Assembly (NCBI GenBank): GCA_964520325.1
Contig: CAZFOB010000002.1
Span: forward strand, 58,723 to 122,722
DNA length: 64,000 nucleotides
Origin: an uncultured Actinomycetes bacterium
GTDB taxonomy: Bacteria; Actinomycetota; JAICYB01
Direction of reading: 5' to 3'
Within the stretch, counting starts at the first letter, position 1, and each line of letters opens with the position of its first letter. Shown here piece after piece: positions 57,997 through 64,000 of the stretch. The notes under the pieces are model-generated. The model made no database searches. It saw only the letters and a program-made list of their open reading frames with translations, and was not told the DNA's origin. A program made the position numbers and the translations under genes.

Positions 57997-58755
57997 TCAG
58001 TTCCCAAACGCGATCGTCACGGGAGCGTCCACCGACCCACGCCTCTTCTGGTACGAGTAGCGGTTGCGGTAGGTCTGTCCGGTGAGCGACGTGATCTCCC
58101 GCATCAGCTCGTCGGTGAACACTCGAAGCAGGTGTGCGTCATCATGTGCTTCCTCGGGAACGTACATCGGTCTGCCGAACTTCACCTTCACGCGCGAGAG
58201 CTTCGGTATCGTCGCGCCTTTCGGAAGCACCGCCTCGGTGCCGATCAGGCCCGTAGGGATAACGGGGCAGCCCACCTCGAGCGCCATCCGCGCGGCACCG
58301 GTCTTGCCCTTGAAGAGCCGCCCGTCCGGGGAGCGCGTGCCTTCGGGGAAAATCGTCAGCAGCTCTCCGCGCTGCAGCACCTCGATCCCGGTTTCGAGCG
58401 ACCCGCGCGCCTTCGCCGAGTCGTCACGCTCGACCGGGATCCCGCCCGCGATCTCCATGAGCCAGCGCGTTTGCCATGCGTTCCAGTACTCGGCCTTCCC
58501 GATGAACACGATGCGCCGACGGATCGCCATCGCGACGAACAGCGGGTCGATGATGCCGAGGTGGTTCGGCGTCACGATCGCCGGTCCGCTCTTCGGGACG
58601 TGCTCGAGACCCTCGGGGTGCATGCGGAAGAGCTGGCGCATGATCGGCTCGGCCGGCATGCGTATGACCGGATACATCACACGCCCGTACATCTGCAGAG
58701 CAGAACGAACGGGCGCCAACATCTGATCCGGAACCTTGATCGGACCGATCTTCAT
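57997..58755 (-). CDS. Lysophospholipid (1-acylglycerol-3-phosphate) acyltransferase
   Basis: NHLGIID and IFPEGTRS motifs. Confidence 0.9.
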   Translation of the reverse strand: MKIGPIKVPDQMLAPVRSALQMYGRVMYPVIRMPAEPIMRQLFRMHPEGLEHVPKSGPAIVTPNHLGIIDPLFVAMAIRRRIVFIGKAEYWNAWQTRWLMEIAGGIPVERDDSAKARGSLETGIEVLQRGELLTIFPEGTRSPDGRLFKGKTGAARMALEVGCPVIPTGLIGTEAVLPKGATIPKLSRVKVKFGRPMYVPEEAHDDAHLLRVFTDELMREITSLTGQTYRNRYSYQKRRGSVDAPVTIAFGN

Positions 58756-58756
58756 G

Positions 58757-58795
58757 CCATCAGTTCAATTCCATCAGTTCCATTCCATCAGTTCA
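58757..58795. repeat. 14-bp tandem repeat x about 3
   Basis: CCATCAGTTCAATT CCATCAGTTCCATT CCATCAGTTCA. Confidence 0.75.
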
Positions 58796-59351
58796 GGGAC
58801 GGGTCGAGGGGGAAGTTGGCCACCAACGCGAGCTTGCCACTCTGCCGCTTGAGAACGTCGCGCCACAGGTCGCCCGGCTCAGAGCACAGCGCGTCCTCCG
58901 GGTCTGCGTCCACCACGTACCACGCACCCTCGGCGATCTCACCCTCGACCTGACCGGACACCCATCCCGCGTACCCCGCGAACACGCGGACGCGATCGAG
59001 CTCGGTTCGCAAGTCGATGCCATCACGGCCCATATCGAGTACACCCAGGCCACCGATGATCGGCTGCCATCCTTGTGGGTGTGCGTCCGGGCTCGCGCGA
59101 GCGATGCAGACCGCCGCATTGGGCTCGACCGGACCGCCGACGAACACCACAGCCGGATGGGCCGCCAGTTGCTTCCACTCTTCGAGCGGACCATCCTCGA
59201 GCGCAGTCTCGCTCGGACGGTTGAGGACCACTCCGGCCGATCCCTCGTCCGTGTGTTCGACGATCAGGACGACCGTCCGGAAGAAGTTCGCATCGAGCAG
59301 CGCGGGCGTCGCGACAAGCAGCTTGCCCTTGAGAGTCGTCGGTTCGTCCAT
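58788..59351 (-). CDS. YqgE/AlgH-family protein
   Basis: LLVATP..NFFRTVV, GGPV, FAGYAGW and C-terminal PSLN. Confidence 0.92.
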   Translation of the reverse strand: MDEPTTLKGKLLVATPALLDANFFRTVVLIVEHTDEGSAGVVLNRPSETALEDGPLEEWKQLAAHPAVVFVGGPVEPNAAVCIARASPDAHPQGWQPIIGGLGVLDMGRDGIDLRTELDRVRVFAGYAGWVSGQVEGEIAEGAWYVVDADPEDALCSEPGDLWRDVLKRQSGKLALVANFPLDPSLN

Positions 59352-59360
59352 AGCGTGCGA

Positions 59361-59861
59361 TCAGCGCTGTTCCGCTCGCTCCTTGAGCTTCAGCAGCGTT
59401 GCCTCCATGTCTTCGACGAGCTGCGAGCGTCTGACGTCCACCATCGCGCCGCGCTCATCTTCCGGAGCCTCCAGAACCGCAGAGGTGAACCCCACCTCTT
59501 CCTTTCCGAGCTCGAACGACTCGGTGACCGTCGTCCCGCCGTTCTCGGACGCGAACACGAATCGCCAACAGCACACCTGAAAGTCCTCGGTGCCGACCAC
59601 CCACGCGAACTCACGGCCGGCTTCGGCGACCACGATCGTGTTCGGTGTCACCCATTCGTTGTCGCCGCGGCGATTGCGCCCGTGGAACTGTGCGCCGACG
59701 ACGGGCCCATCGTTTTCGTCGATAGATCCATCCATCCAATCGGCACCGAAACATTCCGGACTCCATTCCCCCATCCGCGTGACGTCGCTGACGAGAGCGT
59801 AGATCTCCTCCGCCGGTGCGTCGATGTGGATGGACGCTTGGCCGCGCATCTCGATGGTCAT
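59361..59861 (-). CDS. SRPBCC/polyketide cyclase family protein
   Basis: LVSDVTRMGEWSPEC and GTTVTESF. Confidence 0.9.
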   Translation of the reverse strand: MTIEMRGQASIHIDAPAEEIYALVSDVTRMGEWSPECFGADWMDGSIDENDGPVVGAQFHGRNRRGDNEWVTPNTIVVAEAGREFAWVVGTEDFQVCCWRFVFASENGGTTVTESFELGKEEVGFTSAVLEAPEDERGAMVDVRRSQLVEDMEATLLKLKERAEQR

Positions 59862-59926
59862 GGCTCTGTCTCCGCTTCACGCCGACTGAGGCACAGCCTA
59901 CGTCGCGTAAGCTTCCGCGCGTGGCG

Positions 59927-60100
59927 GAGGAGCTCACCAAGGCCATCGGCTGGGCACTGCGTGAGTAGACGAAGACGGACGAACACGCTGTACGTCGCTT
60001 CGTGAGCGATCACCCCGAGCTCTCACCACTCTCGCGGACCGAGGCTTTGAAGTGGCTCGGGCGCCGGACCGCGCGGACCTGTCGCTCGAGCCAGAACTGA
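59927..60100 (+). pseudogene. DNA alkylation repair (AlkD-like) C-terminal remnant
   Basis: TKAIGWALRE*TKTDEHAVRRFV..LSPLSRTEALKW with an internal TAG. Confidence 0.7.
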
Positions 60101-60107
60101 CGACGAT

Positions 60108-60905
60108 CTACCGCTTCCTTGGTGCCGCTTTCTTCTTCGCGGTGGACTTCCGTGCTGCCGGCTTGCGCGGACGCGGTCGTGGGGCAACGACTTCTTCTTC
60201 GTCGTCCTCATCATCCTCATCGGTGAACCGGGACGTCCGCGGCTCAGCGCGCGCCGCAACGGGCTCAGGGCTCGCGATATCCTCCGTCCAGCGCGACACG
60301 CCGATCGCGCTCACCACCAGGACCCACACTGCGAAGCAGATGTAGCCCGTCTCGTTGATCCACGCGTAGTTGTTGAAGATCTGCAGCCCGGCGAACGCGA
60401 GCAATACGCCGGCGAGCGGCACGCTCAGGCTCGACACCACGCGGCTTGCAGTGGGGAGTCCGTCGCACCGGACGCCGACGACTCCAGCGGCACCGATGTA
60501 CACCGCTGCTGGGAACAGCAGACCGGGGCCGTCGAAGAGCCCCGACGCGAGCGGAGCCAGATCCGAGCCCCCGTAGTTACGAGCGGCAAACAACACTGAG
60601 ACGCCCAGAGCGAGTGTGCCGGCGATGAAGGCACCCGAGCCGTTGACGGCCGCAGCCAGCCGGCCCGGCGGCCCTTCGAGCCTGCGAAGCCGAGCGGCCA
60701 GCGTCGAGCTGAACCAGAACAGGAAGACGGCGGCGAACCCCGTGAGGATCGACGCGGTACCGAACACTTCGTTGCTCGCCTTCACGTAATCGCCGGCGAG
60801 CTCGATGTCCTTCATTTCCCCAACGATCCCTACCGCGCCGAGCGCCAGCGCGAAGAAGATGCCGGTCGCCGCCGCGAGGCGGTTCCATCCGGGACCTTTG
60901 AACAA
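60108..60905 (-). CDS. Membrane protein with acidic/basic C-terminal tail
   Basis: About six TM segments, then DEDDEDDEEE and KKKAAPRKR. Confidence 0.75.
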   Translation of the reverse strand: MFKGPGWNRLAAATGIFFALALGAVGIVGEMKDIELAGDYVKASNEVFGTASILTGFAAVFLFWFSSTLAARLRRLEGPPGRLAAAVNGSGAFIAGTLALGVSVLFAARNYGGSDLAPLASGLFDGPGLLFPAAVYIGAAGVVGVRCDGLPTASRVVSSLSVPLAGVLLAFAGLQIFNNYAWINETGYICFAVWVLVVSAIGVSRWTEDIASPEPVAARAEPRTSRFTDEDDEDDEEEVVAPRPRPRKPAARKSTAKKKAAPRKR

Positions 60906-61055
60906 AGGATGCCTCCTTGAGCGAACCCTCCTTCAGCGAACCCTCAGGGGGCTGCCGAGCTGCCTATCAACAACAGGACGACTGCGAGCATAGCCCAGGC
61001 CTCAGCCAAGGCCTCAGTTGGAACAGTGTGAGGTCGAAAGCCCAGACTGTTACCG

Positions 61056-62018
61056 ATGAAAGCCGCCGTCTACTACCAAGTCGGACCTCCGGAGGTCTTT
61101 ACCTACGAGGACGTTCCGGATCCGACGTGCGGCCCCGGCTCGGTCCTCATCGACATCGCTGCGATCTCGATCGAGGGCGGCGATGTCTTGAACCGCGCGG
61201 GAGGCGCGCTCGCGAGTGAACCGCACATCGTGGGCTATCAGTGCGCCGGAACCATCAGGGAAGTGGGTGAGCACGTCACCGATCGCGAGGTCGGACAACG
61301 CGTGGTTGCAGTGAACGTCTTCGGCTCCCACGCCGAGATGATCGCGGTGCCGTGGCAAACCACGTGGGTCCTCCCCGATGATCTGACGACCGAAGAAGGT
61401 TCCGCGATCCCGGTCGCGTATGGAACCGCGCACGCGTGCTTGTTCACGTTCGGGCATCTGAGTGCCGGCGAAACGGTGTTGGTTCAGGGCGGCGCCGGCG
61501 GCGTTGGCATCGCCGCGATCCAGATGGCCAAACGAGCCGGAGCGACGACGCTTGCAACCGCGTCCTCGGACGCCAAACTCGAGCGGCTGAAGGCCGAGTT
61601 TGGCCTCGACCACGGCATCAACTACTCCGAAGTCGAGCTCGTCGAAGAGGCTCGCCGACTGACCAACGGGCGGGGCGTCGATCTCGCGGTTGACTCGGTT
61701 GGAAGCACGCTCCTCGGATCGATCGAGTCGCTCACCTATCGCGGCCGCTGCATCACCGTCGGCGATGCCGGGCGCGGCCGTCGCCCCTTCGACCCGAGCG
61801 TGCTGATGGAGCGCAACCTCACACTCATCGGCGTGTTCCTCGGAGCCGAGCTGGTGCTCGGCGATGGTCACCAGATGGTCGAGAAGATCATCACGGACAT
61901 CGCGAAGGGCGACATCCGGGTCGTCATCGACAGGACGTTCCCGCTCGCCGATGCTGCTGCTGCGCACGCGTACATCGAGAGCCGGCAGGCGTTCGGGAGA
62001 GTGCTCCTGATCCCGTGA
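61056..62018 (+). CDS. NADPH:quinone oxidoreductase (MDR family)
   Basis: GETVLVQGGAGGVG and AHAYIESRQAFGRVLL. Confidence 0.9.
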   Translation: MKAAVYYQVGPPEVFTYEDVPDPTCGPGSVLIDIAAISIEGGDVLNRAGGALASEPHIVGYQCAGTIREVGEHVTDREVGQRVVAVNVFGSHAEMIAVPWQTTWVLPDDLTTEEGSAIPVAYGTAHACLFTFGHLSAGETVLVQGGAGGVGIAAIQMAKRAGATTLATASSDAKLERLKAEFGLDHGINYSEVELVEEARRLTNGRGVDLAVDSVGSTLLGSIESLTYRGRCITVGDAGRGRRPFDPSVLMERNLTLIGVFLGAELVLGDGHQMVEKIITDIAKGDIRVVIDRTFPLADAAAAHAYIESRQAFGRVLLIP

Positions 62019-62749
62019 GCCTCCCCAGGCTCTACACCGAGCTCGCCGACTGGTTCCACGTGCTCACCTCACCCGCTGAGTACGCCGAGGGAGCCGGCAT
62101 CTACCGCGATGCTTTTCAAGCGCATACGCGCCGGCCGATCGCAACGATGCTCGAGCTCGGCGCGGGCGGCGGCAACAACGCGAGTCATCTCAAGGCGACC
62201 TACGAGATGACGCTCACGGACCTCTCCGTGGACATGCTCAGGCAGAGCGACAAGATCAACCCCGAGTGCGAGCACATCCAGGGCGATATGCGAACACTAC
62301 GGCTCGACCGAACCTTTGACGCGGTGCTGATCCATGACGCGATCGCGTACATGACCACTGAAGAAGACCTCGAGGCGGCGATCCGAACGGCTGCCGTGCA
62401 TCTGGCACCGGGAGAGATGGCGCTGCTCGTTCCGGACGAGACGACCGAGCTTTTCGATGCTCCGCACGACTCCGGCGGACACGATGACGGCGACCGGTCA
62501 TTGCGTTACGAGCTCTGGTCGTTCCCACCGAAAGCCGGTGAGACGTTCTACCAGATGGCGTTCACGATGACCATCCGCGAGGGCGACGTCGAGCGCACAG
62601 AGCACGATACCCACGTCGTCGGCATCTTCCCCCGGGATACCTGGGTGCGGCTGATCGAAGCAGTTGGCCTGGAGGCCATACAGCTCCCGTATGCGCACTC
62701 AGACTTCACTCGCGAGCACGTGATGTTCGTCGGCATCAAGTCGATCTAG
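62015..62749 (+). CDS. Class I SAM methyltransferase
   Basis: LELGAGGG, GDMRTLRL and FDAVLIHDA. Confidence 0.9.
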   Translation: MSLPRLYTELADWFHVLTSPAEYAEGAGIYRDAFQAHTRRPIATMLELGAGGGNNASHLKATYEMTLTDLSVDMLRQSDKINPECEHIQGDMRTLRLDRTFDAVLIHDAIAYMTTEEDLEAAIRTAAVHLAPGEMALLVPDETTELFDAPHDSGGHDDGDRSLRYELWSFPPKAGETFYQMAFTMTIREGDVERTEHDTHVVGIFPRDTWVRLIEAVGLEAIQLPYAHSDFTREHVMFVGIKSI

Positions 62750-62753
62750 CTAG

Positions 62754-63554
62754 CTACCAGTTCAGCTCGAGCTGCTCCCGCATCGTTGCCTCGAACTCCT
62801 CGTCGTTCATCGACGTGCGCACGGCGAGCACGAGATCGGCATCGTCGCCCACCGGCCAGCGCAGTTTCTGCTCCTTGCCTTCAACCGCGTCCGCGATCGT
62901 CTGCGCGACGACTTCGGGGCCGGGACGCTCTCCGGTGCCCGGCTGGAGCCTTGACTGGGAGGCTTCCCAGATCCGGTCGAGCTCGTCGTAGGGAGGCTCG
63001 TCAACCGCGAACGTCTTGCGGTTGGTGTCGAACCCGGTGTCGAACCCGCCGGGCTCAACGATCGCAACGCGCACGTTCCAATGTCCGAGCTCGTAGTGCA
63101 ACGATTCCGACAACGCTTCGAGCGCGAACTTGGAGGCCGAGTAGAAACCGCCGAGGGGTGAGCTCACTCGCCCCGCGATCGACGAGACGTTCACGATCAC
63201 GCCGCTCCCCCGTTCGCGCATCTGGGGCGCGACCGCCTGGATCATCCGCGTGGCTCCGATGACGTTGGTCTCGAGGAGCCGCCGGAACTCGTCGAGTGGC
63301 CCCTTCTCAACGGGCGCGTGGATGCCGTAGCCCGCGTTGTTGACAAGGACATCGATCTGCCCGACCGCCTCGACGCACGTCTCGACCGATGCGTCGTCGA
63401 CGACGTCCAACGCGATCTTCTCCGCGACATCGAGATCTTCGAGGGTCTCTGGACGCCGGGCTGTGGCGATCACGTCGAAGCCCCGTTTGGTCAGTTCGAT
63501 CGCAGCCGCGCGTCCGATGCCTGTCGAACATCCGGTGATGAGTACTCGTGCCAT
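62754..63554 (-). CDS. SDR-family oxidoreductase
   Basis: TGCSTGIG, NNAG and YSASK motifs. Confidence 0.92.
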   Translation of the reverse strand: MARVLITGCSTGIGRAAAIELTKRGFDVIATARRPETLEDLDVAEKIALDVVDDASVETCVEAVGQIDVLVNNAGYGIHAPVEKGPLDEFRRLLETNVIGATRMIQAVAPQMRERGSGVIVNVSSIAGRVSSPLGGFYSASKFALEALSESLHYELGHWNVRVAIVEPGGFDTGFDTNRKTFAVDEPPYDELDRIWEASQSRLQPGTGERPGPEVVAQTIADAVEGKEQKLRWPVGDDADLVLAVRTSMNDEEFEATMREQLELNW

Positions 63555-63586
63555 GTCGAGAGCTCCTTATCGAAGAGGTGTGCCGT

Positions 63587-63871
63587 CTACGCCAACGCGT
63601 GGAAAACCTCGAAGTCCACGAACTCAGGCTGAGACTTCCAGCCTCGGTCTCCGAGGCGCTCGTGTGCCGGGCCGACGTGTTCACCCGCCCACCGAAAGAA
63701 CGCCTCCTTCGATTCCCACACCATCACCATCTGCCAGCCGCTCTCGGTCGGACCCGCCGCGAGATACGTCCGGCCCGGAGCATCTTCATGAGCAGCTCCG
63801 ATCTCATCAACCACCGCGCGATACTGCGCCTCCGTGCCTCCGGGGTAAAACACGAGCCGTGCCCATGCCAT
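63587..63871 (-). CDS. Hypothetical ABM-like protein
   Basis: YPGGTEAQY...WQMVMVWESKEAF. Confidence 0.6.
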   Translation of the reverse strand: MAWARLVFYPGGTEAQYRAVVDEIGAAHEDAPGRTYLAAGPTESGWQMVMVWESKEAFFRWAGEHVGPAHERLGDRGWKSQPEFVDFEVFHALA

Positions 63872-63873
63872 AT

Positions 63874-64000
63874 CTAGAGCTCCCTCTCGAACCAGGCTAC
63901 GTCCCAGTACTTCCCGAACTTTCGTCCTTGCTCGGTAAAGAGCGCAACCTGACGGAAGCCGAAGGTCGCGTGCAACGCGAATGATGCCGGGTTCGGAATG
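63874..64000 (-). CDS. Phosphinothricin-acetyltransferase-like GNAT (3' part only)
   Basis: Manual translation: IPNPASFALHATFGF..GRKFGKYWDVAWFEREL*. Confidence 0.8.
   Translation of the reverse strand, partial: IPNPASFALHATFGFRQVALFTEQGRKFGKYWDVAWFEREL

Noticed and set aside
59862-60107. Possible structured ncRNA in the intergenic gap
   Set aside because: Better explained as an AlkD-like pseudogene fragment.
949-63984. Numerous long Arg/Ser/Pro-rich overlapping ORFs
   Set aside because: Typical antisense or alternate-frame artefacts of high-GC DNA overlapping well-supported genes.

Overview
High-GC actinobacterial chromosome segment in three parts. (1) 1-15.7 kb is core genome: a dispersed Pup-proteasome locus (pup, dop, arc), prs, three cNMP-binding genes, proA, trmI and an in-frame TtuB(ubiquitin-like)-TtuA fusion. 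(2) 15.7-41.75 kb is a tRNA-Leu(GAG) integration hotspot. An orphan tyrosine integrase diverges from the tRNA. A large serine recombinase (LSR) ends inside the tRNA 3' end (...RVGGGI*) and heads a phage-satellite-like element. After it come eight more same-orientation copies of the tRNA 3'-end core (CCCCTCCGACAC or close variants). These cut the region into modules, three of them only 0.8-0.9 kb with no integrase (vapBC, SDR, vapBC). Five cores are followed on the minus strand by an open 19-21-codon tail in the integrase VGG frame, suggesting that recombination swaps the integrase C-terminus. This att-cassette array plus tail-switching is the best candidate for an undescribed system. (3) 41.8-64 kb is mostly ordinary metabolic genes, including a bifunctional IPCT/DIPPS-like gene, a Glu/Leu/Phe/Val dehydrogenase, coaA and an M23 peptidase. 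All calls come from reading motifs by eye, with no database searches. Start codons are best estimates.
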